This document shows, in pieces, positions 1 through 12,561 of a stretch of DNA of 64,000 nt. Each line of letters begins with the position of its first letter. Within the stretch, counting starts at the first letter, position 1. Both the position numbers and the translations under genes were made by a program. The stretch is from Leucoraja ocellata (taxonomy: Eukaryota), in the NCBI GenBank assembly GCA_036785375.1, contig JAWMAR010000391.1:1674001-1738000 (forward strand), written 5' to 3'. The notes under the pieces are model-generated. The model had not been told where the DNA came from and did not search any database. It saw only the letters and a program-made list of their open reading frames with translations.

Positions 1-89
1 ATGGATATGGCCTAGACAGTGATCTTTGTCCTTTGTCCTTGATCGATGATCTATAGCCACAGGTGAGACGCCAGAAGGCTGAAGGATAA

Positions 90-212
90 ATCAGGAACGA
101 AACCCATGCAGTCACAGGTAGAATATGAAAAACTCTGACAGCATCTGACATCAGGATTGAACCTGAGTCTCTGGCGCTATGAGGCAGCAGCTTTACCAGC
201 TACGCAACTGCT
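90..212 (-). mobile_element. V-SINE (HE1-like) tRNA-derived SINE fragment
   Basis: Reverse complement of the V-domain (aaacccatgcagtcacagg..aaactc) and a tRNA-like head (caggattgaacctgagtctctggcgct). Confidence 0.65.
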
Positions 213-552
213 GCAGTTCTGCTAGTGAAAGTATTGCTACAAAGCTGTTATTTAATTATCAATGGAGTGTTTTATTTAACACGTCAAGTACAAAAATACC
301 TGCAAATATTCTGGATAACTGATAAAAAATGAGCAATAATTCAATATGATCGGAGTTTGAACCCAAAAGTCTACTTGAAGGAATTACTTTTTTTCCACCA
401 ATGCGACTATAAATGTCAACAATATATTGAATTTACATATTCATCCATTTCACTTTAACAATGTTGTAGAAAGCTTTCAAAGTGCGCACACAACCAGTGA
501 CCGGCATTGTTATAATATAATTTTAAAAAACAGTGACCCGCATTCTGAGAAG

Positions 553-735
553 GTAGTCAATGTGGTGACGTGATCATCTGTGGAATGTGCCAGTCGGTGC
601 CATGCCTGGTCAGCATCGTGGCCAGTTGGTGCCATTGCTGTTCAATACTGTGCACGGTTGTTGCTGTGCCTGGTCAATTCTGTGTCAGGTCAATATTGTG
701 CATGGTCAATACTGTGCATGGTCAATGTCATGGCA
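553..735. repeat. Degenerate ~16-bp tandem repeat (tggtcaatactgtgca)n
   Basis: Repeated ggtcaat(a/t)(c/t)tgtg units at 640-730, decaying upstream. It explains the Cys/Val-rich spurious ORFs at 570 and 580. Confidence 0.7.
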
Positions 736-837
736 GTAACACCTTGGCAGTTACTTATCATTTTCTATAATAAAAATTAATAGTAAACCAAAATGAATCA
801 GAATTCATTTACCCCAGATATTGCATTTGAATTGTTA

Positions 838-1157
838 TAGCCCTGTCCCACGGTATGAGTTCATTCCAAGAGCTCTCCCGAGTTAAAAAAAAATCAAACT
901 CGTGGTAAGCACGGAGAATGAATGTAGCAGGTATGTCGGAGCTCGGGGACGTCTCTTAGCGCTATCAGCAGGTACTCGGGAAGGCTCGCTAACAGCAGGT
1001 AAGCATGGGAAGACTCGTGAAGATTTTTCAACATGTTGAAAAATGTCCACGAGAGCCCCGAGCACCGACAACTGGCCATTACCGTAAATCTCCAAGTTCG
1101 AATCAGGGCAAACTCGGGAGAGCTCTTGGAATGAACACGTACAGAGGGACAGGGCTT
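838..1157. mobile_element. MITE with ~45-bp TIRs (PIF/Harbinger-like), TTA TSD
   Basis: agccctgtcccacggtatgagttcattccaagagctctcccgagtt ... aactcgggagagctcttggaatgaacacgtacagagggacagggct, flanked by tta/tta. A second copy lies at 20777. Confidence 0.8.
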
Positions 1158-1187
1158 TTAGGAAACACATGCTCAGGGAGGCCTGAC

Positions 1188-1415
1188 CTGTTATTTTGAT
1201 CTTTGCTGACCACTTGGACGTCCCCTCCAACACACTTTGTTTTGCCGCCTTCAAGTGCCGTGCATAGTCTTCTTTGGACACTTCAAATTGTGCTTGGATC
1301 AACTCAAAAATCTCAGGCTTGTTGGTCTCTCTGACTTTCATTCTTTCCTTCATGGCTGCAATGATGTTTTGTGTTCTATCCTCTGCACCATGCTTTGAGC
1401 TTTTCTCGGCTGCTC
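1188..1415 (-). CDS. UNC13C: UNC13C 228-nt exon, C1-C2B linker to the start of C2B
   Basis: (R)[55 protein letters not shown]. Acceptor ttcag, donor ACAG|GTCAGG. The rest of ORF 883..1353 is read-through into the intron and a MITE. Confidence 0.96.
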
Positions 1416-2941
1416 CTGAATTGTAAATGTTAAAGCGAGCAGTTGTTTAGAATTTTAGATGAGCAAGATTTGTGAAGGTGAAACAACATTAGAAGGATAT
1501 GAAGATATGCACAGGTGGCACAAACTGTTAAATCAGTTTATTTCCTCTGCACCTGAACTGGATGCACCGAGATTGTACACTGAGAGAAAAACAAATACAG
1601 GGGAATACAGATGTTGAATACATTATTTTTTTGGAAGTTATAAACGCTAGCACAAGGAAATTGTGACACCTGAGCGTAGACCAAGTTCTTTTTAGCTGCT
1701 GGGATTGTTGAATATATATTAAGCATTTACAGCACAAGATTGATTCCTGACATCTTTGTAAATGATAAGATTAGGCCCAGTCAAGATGCCAATCTCAGTT
1801 TAGATTTTCTCATATTTTGAAAATAGCATCTCAAATAAATTTGATAAAAACACCACAAAAACAATCTCAGAATTTTCTCCAAGCAAATTTATGATCCATA
1901 AGCATTTTGCCAGCTATTTTCTAAACCTTTCATAGTCATCAAAATGTTCTTCTGTTGATGCACTCGATATCTGAGCATTATTTTAAATCAAATGGATGAT
2001 ATAACTTATTGCAGATGGAGAGACTGACAAGATGCAATAAAGGAATAGAGGCAAGAACCTGACAAGGAACAAATGTGAATTCAATGTTGATGGGTTTAAG
2101 AAACAGGGTGGACATGGAAACAATCCTGTGTTGTGAGAGTATGGTTGCATTGAAACATGGTTGTTTGGATCCAAGAGGATATTTGAGTTTGCACTCATTC
2201 AAACCACCTCATGGCAATGATGTTGCCTCTCCTGTCAATTGGAGCCACTTCCAACTTCTACCAATCGCACCTCTACCTTGACTTTATTACCAAACCTTTT
2301 TCTAGCATTCCAACCACCAGTACTACCATTTCATCTCTGATCCTGACCTCCTCCCCAGTTCTTGTCCTGACTACTCTGATCACTGATCAGCACTGACCAG
2401 ATCCCTGAATCTTCCCCTGAGCCGTTCTCCCCGAAGTCCCTAAACCTGACCAGGAATGGCTGAATTTATCTTGCAAGCACCACAATGAAAAGGAATGGTC
2501 CTTTGAGACCCTGGGCCTACCACCTGTTGATTAGCCTGCCACACATCAACTATTTAGAGTATCCAACCAATTTCTAGGTCCTTGTCAGGTCGCTTAAATC
2601 TTGAAATGAACGTTTTTCTGCTGGTTCCTGCAAAGTCTCTTCTGGAGGCCACCGTGCACAGTCTGCCCAATCTCTTCTACTTCTGCTAACACAATTTTCA
2701 TCAGAACAGTTCTGATGAAAGCTCTGACCTAACATGTTAATTCAGTTTCCCGGCCACAGATACTTCCTGACCTGCTGAGTGTTTCCAGTATTTTCTGTTT
2801 ATTTCAGATTTCTAGCATCTGCAGTTTTTTTATTTTCATCTAATAACTATGTCTTCGTCAAATGTCAATAGATTCTGATTGCAAGATCCCTGCCAGTAAA
2901 CAGATCTCTCTTTCTCAAATGCAATACAGAATATTTTGTCA

Positions 2942-3262
<321 letters not shown>

Positions 3263-3439
3263 TCACTGCATGTCTTACCTTTGTGTTCCGAAGGTCTGCA
3301 TTAGTGAATTATACACTGATTTCCAATTGTGAGCTTCAAGCTATTAATTGAATGCTACAAGGTCATTGTTAAGGCATTCTCTCTGTGGACCTCAGTAATA
3401 GTGACCTAGCCATTCTTTGTATGTGTTATATATCAATAA

Positions 3440-3636
3440 TGGGCCTTAGGCGACTCTATAGGCAACTGTCAGGGAATAGTTTTAATTGAATTAAAACGAG
3501 TCCCTATGACAGCACTTATGACAACCTACAACAGCAAAAATTGTCGCCACTGTCGCTGAAAATTGTTCAGCATGTTGAAAATTTTGTGGCAGTCGCCTAT
3601 AGTCGCCCAAAAAATCGCCAAAGTGGAACAGGCCCA
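3440..3636. mobile_element. Internally deleted MITE of the GGGCC(TGTCCCAC) TIR group, TAA TSD
   Basis: taa|tgggcc ... gtggaacaggccca|taa, with internal palindromic gcgactctataggc / gtcgcctatagtcgc. Confidence 0.6.
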
Positions 3637-3944
3637 TAAATTACTTCAAGTTAATTCTCCCAATTAGAAATAGGACAGTTGTTTAATTATATGTAACAAA
3701 ACTGAAAGTGTCATGTGTAACATCAAAATTGAACATTTCATTCCTCCAAAGGTAGGTTGGTCCAGAAGACCCACAGTGTTTTGGTAGACTGGTAGATTCA
3801 AACATGGAGGTCTGTAATCAATAGTGTTCTGCAGGGATCAGAGTGGGACCTCTATTGTTTGTGATATACAAAATTATGAGAGTCTGACATAGACAGTCAG
3901 AACCTATTCCCATGATGGAAATATCAAATATTAGAAGGCATATC

Positions 3945-5639
3945 AGATGATGATGTATCAAAGGGAAACAGATCAGCTGATTATGTAGCCAAACAAATTG
4001 CCCTCAGGCAAACCCCGCAATTACAAGCGGTTAAAATTAAGTCTGCAGCACAAAGAAAGCTCCCGGTTAGCATTGATGTAACCCAGTTACAGGATGCCCA
4101 GAGCCGAGCATCACTCCAGGAAAATAATTCCCTGAGCAAAGTAGGGTGTTATCAAGACCCCATTGTCTGGGTTCACCCTGATGGTCGGGTAGTTTGTCCC
4201 AGGAGCCTATTTTTGTCCCATGGACAGGCTCACATGGAAAAAGGGGGGACGGCACATGCATTGTCCCAACAATGGTATGCACCAGGTATAACAGTCATAA
4301 TTGATAATGTTGCAAGAACATGTCTGGTGTGTCAACAAAATAATAGAGGGAAGACACCTGCAAAATGTGATCACCTATCACAACCTGAAATGCCTTTTGA
4401 GAATTTGCAAATTGATTTTGTACATATGCCCGCAGCAAAGGGTTTTAAGTACGTTCTGGTCATAGTTGATATGTTCTCCAGAAGGGTGGAAGCACACGCC
4501 ATCGGTAGTCAATATTTTAATGAAAGAAATAATACCTAAATCCAGGATACCCATGGGAATAAACAGTGCCAGAGGCACTAATTTCACCAATAAATTAGGT
4601 CAGAACTTGTCGAAGGCTCTTGGGTTCCAGTAAAATTACACGTACCATATCAACCACAATGCTCAAGGATGGTAAAAATAGTAAATGGGGAAATAAAAGC
4701 TACTTTGGCCAAAGTATAGGTCAGCAAAATAGGTTGTTGTGGCCAGACGCCATGCCCGTAGTGATGTATATGCCCTGAAACACGGGCCTAACACCTCACG
4801 AGATATTGATGGGGGGACCTATGACAACAGGAACCCGACCCCCGATGACTCCTGAGACGGTAGCCCTGATATGGAATGATGAAAAATCCTTAAATATGCT
4901 CAAGCCACGTGTGAAACAGTTAATAAAATCTATGAGACAGTTAAGCAGGCACAGGTCCCTCCGGCAAAAGGAAATATGTACACATTTAAACCAGGAGATC
5001 AGATTTAAGTGCGAGCAATGAACAAAGATTCTTTCTCTTCTCGGTGGAAAAGACCATATTTGGTGCTGCTAACAATGCGAATGGCAGTAAAAGTAAAAGA
5101 AAAACCCAATTAGATACATGCCACTAGATGTAAACTGCATCACTCAGACGGAACCCTTGAGAAGGAAAAGCAAGAACCGTAAAGTTTTATAGTGATAAGA
5201 CGATGATAAAAAAAAGTGCAAAATGTGGACATGTTCTTTATTAACTTTCTTTGTAGTATTAAATACTTATGAACATATTAACATTATGTGGGTTCATAGA
5301 GGACATGAGAGTGAAGGGAGGCATCTAGATAGTTACGAGAAACAGGATGAAGGTAGTTGGAGTATGAAATTCAACTAACAACTTTCACACAGAACACAGT
5401 GAACTCGCAGCTGAAAGGAAAACAACCTTCCTTATCTGAGTGGGATGATTAGGATGTTTGGTTTGTGCCCATATCCTGACGCATGCTGAGGGAGGTATCC
5501 CTTTGCGAGCTCAAGGACCTGTTCCAACCAAATTATAATCGCACGCGTATGCCTCCATTTTTGCAATTGATTAACGAGAGAAAATATTTAAATCCTTTTG
5601 TACTATAATATATAAAGATCCACAAGGAGGGAACTGTGG
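3945..5639 (+). mobile_element. Degraded endogenous retrovirus segment: RNase H end, integrase, start of env, PPT (class I, gamma/epsilon-like)
   Basis: KGNRSADYVAKQ (RNase H end); HGQAH..CLVCQQNN (HHCC); PFENLQIDFVHMP..YVLVIVDMFSRRVEA (IN core); GLTPHEILMG; RWKRPYLVLL (GPY/F); CLVC CXXC at 5455; purine tract 5624-5633 followed by TGTGG. Many stops and frameshifts. Confidence 0.85.
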
Positions 5640-5892
5640 AAGGTGATAGAGGAAAAGTTAAAGAGTGAGACATTTTTTTCCCCACACAGAGAGTGGTGGG
5701 TGCCTGGACGTGCTGTCAGGGGAGGAGATGCGGAGATTGAAGTAGATACAACAGCAGCGTTTAAGAGGGATTTAGACAAGCACATGGATGGAGAGACGCG
5801 GAAGGGCCTGTTCCTATAGTCTGCCCAACCCTACCGCTGCTGCTACTTGGACTAACTTGCTTTTTCTCTTGTAGGAACTGGAGGTGGAAGGC

Positions 5893-6003
5893 AGCAGGTC
5901 AGGCAGCATCCCTAGAGAACATGGATAGGTGATGCTTCACGTCTGAATGAGGGTCCCAACCCGAAACGTCACCTATCCATCTTCTCCAGGGATGTTGCCT
6001 GAC
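5893..6003. mobile_element. Penelope-derived fold-back element with hammerhead-like loop
   Basis: Inverted arms gtcaggcagcatccctagagaacatggataggtga / tcacctatccatcttctccagggatgttgcctgac enclose ctgaatgagggtcccaacccgaaacgtc. Confidence 0.65.
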
Positions 6004-6220
6004 ATGTGTCATTTTTTTGCTTTTCCACTTCAGTTTCGTTTATTGTTACATGTACCGAGGTGCAGTCAAAAGCTTTTTTTGCATGCTAACCAGACAGCGG
6101 AAATACATTTTCTCTTTCTCAGAACTGATGATGGGTTTTCAAGTGTACCCGGTTGGGAAATTTACATGGTCACAGGGAGAATGTGTAAACTTTGCACAGA
6201 GAGTGCCCAAAGTCAATTGA

Positions 6221-7197
6221 CAATAGGTGCAGGAGTAGGCCATTCAGCCCTTTGAGCCAGCACCACCATTCAATGTGTTCATGGCTGATCATCCCCAATC
6301 AGTACCCCGTTCCTGCCTTCTCCCCATATCCCCTGATTCCGCTATTTTTAAGAGCCCTATCTAGCTCTCTTGAAAGCATTCAGAGAACCTGCCTCCCTCT
6401 GAGGCAGAGAATTCCACAGACTCACCACTCTTTGTGAGAAAAAGTGTTTCCTCGTCTCCGTTCTAAATGGCTTACTCCTTATTCTTAAACTGTGGTCCCT
6501 GGTTCTGGACTCCCACAACATCGGGAACATGCTTCCAACCTCTAGCGTGTCCAAGCCCTTAACAATCTTATATGTTTCAATGAGATCCCCTCTCATCCTT
6601 CTAAACTCCAGAGTGTACCAGCCTAGCTGCTCCATTCTCTCAGCATATGACAGTCCCACCATCCCGGGAATTAACCTTGTAAACCTACGCTGCACTCCCT
6701 CAACAGCAAGAATATCCTTCCTCAAATTAGGGGACCAAAACTGTACACAATACTCCAAGTGTGGTCTCACTAGGGCTCTGTACAACTGCAGAAGGACCTT
6801 TTTGCTTCTATATTTTATTCCTCTTGTTATAAAGGCCAACATGCCATTTGTTTTCTTCATTGCCTGCTATACCTGCATGCTTACTTTCATAGACTGATGT
6901 ACAAGGACCCCATATCCCTTTTCCCAACTTGACGCCATTTAGATAGTAATCAGCCTTCCGGTTTTTGCTACCAAAGTTGATAACCTCACATTTATCCACA
7001 TTAAACTTCATCTGCCATGCATCTGCCCACTCCCCCAACCTGCCCAAGTCACCCTGCATTCTCATAGCATCCTCCTCACAGTTCACACTGCCACCCAGCT
7101 TTGTGTCATCTGCAAATTTGCTAATGTCACTTTGAATCCCCTCATCCAAATCATTGATGTATATTGTAAATAGCTACGGTCCCAGCACCGAGCCTTG
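6221..7197 (-). mobile_element. CR1-type LINE, 5'-truncated (RT C-terminus and 3' UTR)
   Basis: SKFADDTKLGG, WQMKFNVDKCEV, LYRALVRPHLEYCVQFWSP, RRMRGDLIETYKI, FFSQRVVSLWNSLP. Confidence 0.92.
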
Positions 7198-8363
7198 TCA
7201 AGATCAGCCCTGGGTAGCACAGTAGCTATCAGGCGGCAGCAGCACTACCCACTGCACCAGTGCACCGCCTCTTTAGAGCAAGTGTATAGCACACGTATTC
7301 GAATAATTCTGGAGATGAGGGGCTTTATCTACTTGGGTAGATTAGAAAAATTGGAGTAGAGTATACATACTCAGTGATTTCCTAACCCCGAATCAAGCCC
7401 ATTGCAGAATGTACGATCTGAGACATGAGGACATCAAATAAAGTATATCCATTTTATTTAAGAGTTCTTCCAAAATTACTTCTCAAAGTTTTACATTTGA
7501 ATTAAATCCATTAAATTCAGTTAATTAAAATACTTTATAATTTCACAGGATTTCAATATTTGATACCATTTAATTAAACTGATAATTTTCCACAGCTCCA
7601 GCATCCTATCAGATTTTATTTTCTTCTCAAGAACATATTTTAAGTTCTCTTGTGATATAATCATCAATTGAAGGAATGCAAACCCTAGGCTTATTCACCA
7701 GTTGTCACAGAGCTATTCGGCCCAGCTTGCAATGCAGACCAACTTGGCATATTGGGCTAGTCCTATTTGCCTGTATTTGGCCCATAGCCCTCTAAATCCT
7801 TCCTATTCATAAAGGCAAATTATATTTCATGTTATTTCTCCTCAATATCAGTTTTTCAAAATGATTATTCTCTTTTATTACTCGGTGACCTTTAAATTGG
7901 TGGCCAGGACTTTGAAAATGCCTGATGAAAATTAGTTTGAATATATTTATTAACATGACTTTTAACTGATAATTTATTTGAAAATTGTTAAACTGATGAT
8001 AACAGCTTCAACAATACAACCTCTGGTTGAATGAGCAGAAAGATTAGAAGAAATTGAACCAAGAGAAAAAATCAATTTGCCATCGAGTGCAAAACAATAT
8101 GCAGGTTTCAGCTCAAAACTCCTATTGTCATGAGCATCTGAATCTGTTTTTCTTTCTGTTACAAATAGGCATTTTTAATGGAAACAGACCTTCAACATCT
8201 GCATGTAACCGATTGGGTGTAACTATGGAAGAACTGCATCTTTCTAGTGAGCAATGTGTTCAAACATGTTTTTCGTGACCTCCCCAAAATTCTCACTACA
8301 AAAGAGTTATTCATCAACTGAAAAAGCTTACCAGACGTGTAATTGTTAAAGAAACACACTTAC

Positions 8364-8435
8364 CAATTCTTGATTGTTTACCGAGGTTCTTGTGGTCATG
8401 GCAAAAGAAATGCCTGCTTTTCTCGCAGCAAGGGT
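8364..8435 (-). CDS. UNC13C: UNC13C 72-nt exon, TLAARKAGISFAMTTRTSVNNQEL
   Basis: Conserved pre-C1 Munc13 peptide. Acceptor ctctcaacag, donor TTG|GTAAGT. Confidence 0.94.
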
Positions 8436-8969
8436 CTGTTGAGAGGAGTTCAAATGTTCACCATAAGCAAAGGGAAGACATTTATATTCATAAATGTTGT
8501 AATAAGAAATCCATGTGTTAACATTTTTGTCATTCCTAAAAACAATCCTGTATGTAGTATTGGATGGGGCCACAAATACTGATGAAGAATATTGGGAATC
8601 AGTTGATTCTATCAATTGAATCAGATTCTCTTCTTGGCCAGTGCTTCTCGTAAGTGGTACTGGTGCATTATTAGAGTTTTTAAGCTGTATTTCAGGCCTA
8701 TTTCTGTGCCTTTTAACTACTGATTAAGCTGGGTTCAGGACTATTTGTTGCTCTCCAGGACAGAAAGGCAATAGAAATTTACAGAAATATTCCTATGTCC
8801 ATACAACAGGTAAATGTCATTATTAGAACAGTGCTTCGCTTCAACTTGGCCTGCAGTGAGATGCTGGAATTGCTTGAACTAACTTTGCAGACAGCCATGG
8901 TAAAATCCTGCAGGAGGGCAACTCTCAACTCAAGGCTGAGTAACGCTGTTCTGTACACAAAAATACATA

Positions 8970-9092
8970 CTTCTTAAGAAGGGTCTCGACCTGAAACGTC
9001 ATCCATTCATTCACTCCAGAGATGTTGCCTGTCCCGCTGAGTTACTCCAGCATTTTATGTCTATCTTCGATTTAAACCAGCATCTGCAGTTT
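8970..9092 (+). mobile_element. Penelope-like terminal repeat fragment
   Basis: aagaagggtctcgacctgaaacgtc...gctgagttactccagcatttt...ccagcatctgcagtt, the same family as the 3' end of the GIY-YIG element at 35620-36212. A reverse copy lies at about 10545-10665. Confidence 0.65.
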
Positions 9093-10848
9093 TAATATGG
9101 TTATTTCAATGATCTACAGAATTTTAGATTATAAATCAGTCCTTGTATTTTGACTTTCACAGACTTAAGTGTCATTAAGTGTCATTAAGTAAGCACACAA
9201 AAAAATAATGCTGAAATAGGCAGTGATCCTCAGAGAAAACCAACGATATACACTTTCACTGCTTGGTTGTTGTAACAATTAGGATTCGATTCTCAGACAT
9301 TTGCAAGGTTTATTGACAAAGATATGCTCCTGGATAGCAATCAACAAAGCATGTAAAGGCATTGTTGTTTACTCAGCAATTTAATGTACCATATATTGTG
9401 GGGAGCAGTTCAGAAATTATTTTAGTTAATACCCTAGAGGGATTTATATAAGACAATATTATCCTCTAGCTACCTATGTGGTTGACAAATCTTGCACGTC
9501 TGTACTTTATTTTAATAAAGTGGACTGGGAAAAATGGTAAACAGGAAGCTTTCATCCGAATATAAAACCTAATATTAATGGAGACCATGCCAAAATGGGA
9601 AAACCAAATTGATGCGTTTTGTGCAAAACATATAATCAGTTAGTGTTGAATATTTTCATTACCTGTCAAAACCTATCATATTTAACTTTGAACAAAATTA
9701 GCCTAATTCTACTGTGTGTAATTGCAAGCCATAATTTGTCTGAAAATAAGCTCTGGAAGCTCAGTTAAGAAGATTCTGGATCGTTACACAAGATGAAGTT
9801 AGATGTTATATTCAGAAAATGTCGAAAGAACAGACAAAATATTGCACTGAATTGACGAGGTGGCTGTGTTTAGAATCAAACAACTACTCTCATTTGTTAT
9901 TTATTTCCAGTCTATTTACTTCTCTAGTCCACATGGACTACAGCAAGGCATTTGACAAGATCCTGCATAGTAGGCTGGTCCAGAAGATTAGAACACAAGG
10001 GATCCAGGGTGAATTAGTAAATTGGATACAAAATTGGCTTGTTGTAAGGAAGGGGATGAGGGTTGTTTTTTCAGATTGGAGGCCTGTGACCAGTGTGTGT
10101 TAAGGGGATCAGTGCTTGGTCCACTTTCTATGCTATACAACACAGTGACTCTATGATGATAGTCAAAGTTATGCTAATGAATTGAGATAATTTGGAACTT
10201 GCCTAATTAAATCATAATCTAATAGTTTTGTGAGTATTTAAGCAATTAAATATCAGAATGGCCATGTCTGCTCTATTTAGTCACCAGTCTCTCCTCAATA
10301 AAATAAACAACTACCTTTAAAGCATCTTTAATTCCAACCATTCAGTCACAACCCATGTATATGTATGAAGCAGTCACCTTGTCTTATTTTCACCAAAAGG
10401 GAGACCAGTGTACTAAAGTGTGAATTGCACATAGTTCAACTTAATGAATGAGCGATCCTTGTCCATCTTCAGTTGCCTGCTTTAATACCAAGTCATTGTT
10501 AACAATGGAGTGCCAGCAATACTACGGCCATGTTTTAAAGATATATGCAGATGCTAGTTTAAACCAAAGAGAGACAAAACATGCTGGAGTAACTCTGCGG
10601 GACAGGCAGCATCTCTGGAGAGAAGGAATGGGTGATGTTTCAGGTCGAGACCCTCCTTCTGAAGAAGTCAAATGTCGGAAGCAGTTCCTTCTTACACATT
10701 GCCATATTTCAATGGTTAAATATTCACAAATGCTGAAGTGAGCCAAGTTTCTTGTGATTTTTATTTAATTCATTGGTGTAAATCCTTGTCCTGCAGAATT
10801 TTACAAAATAGAGCATTCACATAATTTAAGTATTTTGAAAGCACATAC

Positions 10849-10854
10849 CATCGC
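10849..10854 (-). CDS. UNC13C: UNC13C 6-nt microexon GCG ATG (Ala-Met)
   Basis: The minus strand reads actaac..ttattttcttccc-atgctgcttggataaacag|GCGATG|gtatgt. It supplies the AM of the recalled mammalian sequence RDV-AM-TLAARK. Confidence 0.82.
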
Positions 10855-11036
10855 CTGTTTATCCAAGCAGCATGGGAAGAAAATAATTTACTTGTTAGTT
10901 TCACTACTATCAGTTGCAAAATTAAAATCAATCATATTTTAAGGAACTATTAAAACAAATGTAACAGCCACACAGATAATTTACAATAACGTTCTTATCT
11001 AAATGAATTTCTATGTCAGTCATTAAATAATCAAAA

Positions 11037-11492
11037 TCTATATTACTAAAAGTCTGATCTTGACCGTTTTTGGCCCACTGTGCTGCGATTTCCGAGAGAA
11101 CGCCGCCACCTACAGCCGTCATTTTTGGCCACCTCGCCCAGAGCCCCCCTCCGCCTTCCTGGACTGGAGAATTTTTCCCATGGATGAAATCAGAGAGATA
11201 TTAATGGGTTTTTTTAATTCACCATTCTCTCTGCTGCCCCTGCTGGAGGGAGTGGGAGGGACTATAAAACCAGGAAGTGGTGTGCCTCACTCAGTGTCTG
11301 CAAGATGGATGAAGCCAAAGGGTCACGTCTCTATGAGCTCTGAATAACACTGAACACATGACTACTCAACTGTGAGTCCCCTTAATGTGGTTTGAAAATG
11401 AAAATATGGTTTGTTTGAAGTAAAAAGGCACTGCCTGCAAATGGTTGTTTGGGTGCTTTGGCTTGAAGTTAAAAGGCACTACTTACTGCAAA
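11037..11492 (+). mobile_element. Probable Helitron-type 5' end (non-autonomous or truncated)
   Basis: Begins A|TCTATATTACTAAAAG, resembling Helitron 5' termini, followed by a CpG-rich stretch and an internal repeat (ttgaagt(a/t)aaaaggcact x2). No convincing CTRR|T 3' end was found. Confidence 0.5.
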
Positions 11493-11995
11493 AACATTGT
11501 TGCTAACTGTGGAACTGATTAAATTACTAGGGTGGAGGAAGAGGACAAGTGTTAGTAGAAGTTGCGTGAAATTGAGAATTCAACATTCATATCCCCTGCT
11601 GGGTTGTAAGCTATGGAGTTCCACAATGACCAAAATGGCACTGTCGGGATGCAATCTTCATTCACTTTGCGATCTCTCTATCTGCATACATTTGGTGGAC
11701 ATTCATTGTGCACTCACACCAAACCCCTCACTAATACAGCAAAGTGCAAATAGCTACACCAGCCTCAACAAGTGCTCAGGACATAATCTGGAGCTCAGAC
11801 AGTTTACCGCGATCAGTACCAGACACAACTGATCCAAACAACATCTCTGCCCAATCTAAAGGCAGGAAATGCAACTACATGTTAAATATAATGTCCTCCT
11901 TGAGTATGGAATATTTTCATCTCAGACGCCTGGATTCTCCAGAATAAAATATATTTTTCAATTATTGCCATACTATAAATCAAATTCTAACTCAC

Positions 11996-12074
11996 CACAT
12001 CTCGAACGATGGGCACAGTCTTCTTCCGACGTAGATCTGGCATGCTGTCAATGCCGTACAGCACACTTCCAGCC
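11996..12074 (-). CDS. UNC13C: UNC13C 79-nt exon, [26 protein letters not shown]
   Basis: Contains the conserved Munc13 motif [14 protein letters not shown]. Acceptor ctttag, donor GTG|GTGAGT. Confidence 0.95.
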
Positions 12075-12288
12075 CTAAAGTAATCAATATGATTTAGTAA
12101 TGCAAATTATTACATAACAGTGCCAACATGTTTTATAAGATTGAAGTGGAATTCTTATCTACCATTATATTTTCTCTTTACAATTTTGTAAAAGTTGCTT
12201 ATTTGTGTTTCATACAAATAGTCATAATATTGTACAGAACAGAAACAGGTCATTTTGGCTCTCCCCATCTACATTGACTGTGATGCTT

Positions 12289-12561
12289 ATAGAAACATAG
12301 AAACATAGAAACATAGAAATTAGGTGCAGGAGTAGGCCATTCGGCCCTTCGAGCCTGCACCGCCATTCAATATGATCATGGTTGATCATCCAACTCAGTA
12401 TCCCGTACCTGCCTTCTCTCCATACCCTCTGATCCCCTTAGCCACAAAGGCCACATCTAACTCCCTCTTAAATATAGCCAATGAACTAGCCTCAACTACC
12501 CTCTGTGGCAGAGAGTTCCAGAGATTCACCACTCTCTGTGTGAAAAAAGTTCTCCTCATCT
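12289..12561 (-). mobile_element. CR1-type LINE 3' end with (tttctatg)n tail
   Basis: (tagaaaca)3, then aggtgcaggagtaggccattcggcccttcgagcctgcaccgcc; the reverse complement of the end seen at 62600-62692. Further copies at about 13835-14010, 27250-27390 and 42995-43240. Confidence 0.85.

Noticed and set aside
140-212. tRNA gene suggested by the B-box-like ggttcaatcctg on the minus strand
   Set aside because: It is the degenerate tRNA-derived head of a V-SINE, attached to the V-domain; no full cloverleaf.
883-1187. C-terminal ~100 aa of ORF 883..1353
   Set aside because: Read-through past the donor at 1187 into the intron and MITE; no similarity to C2B.
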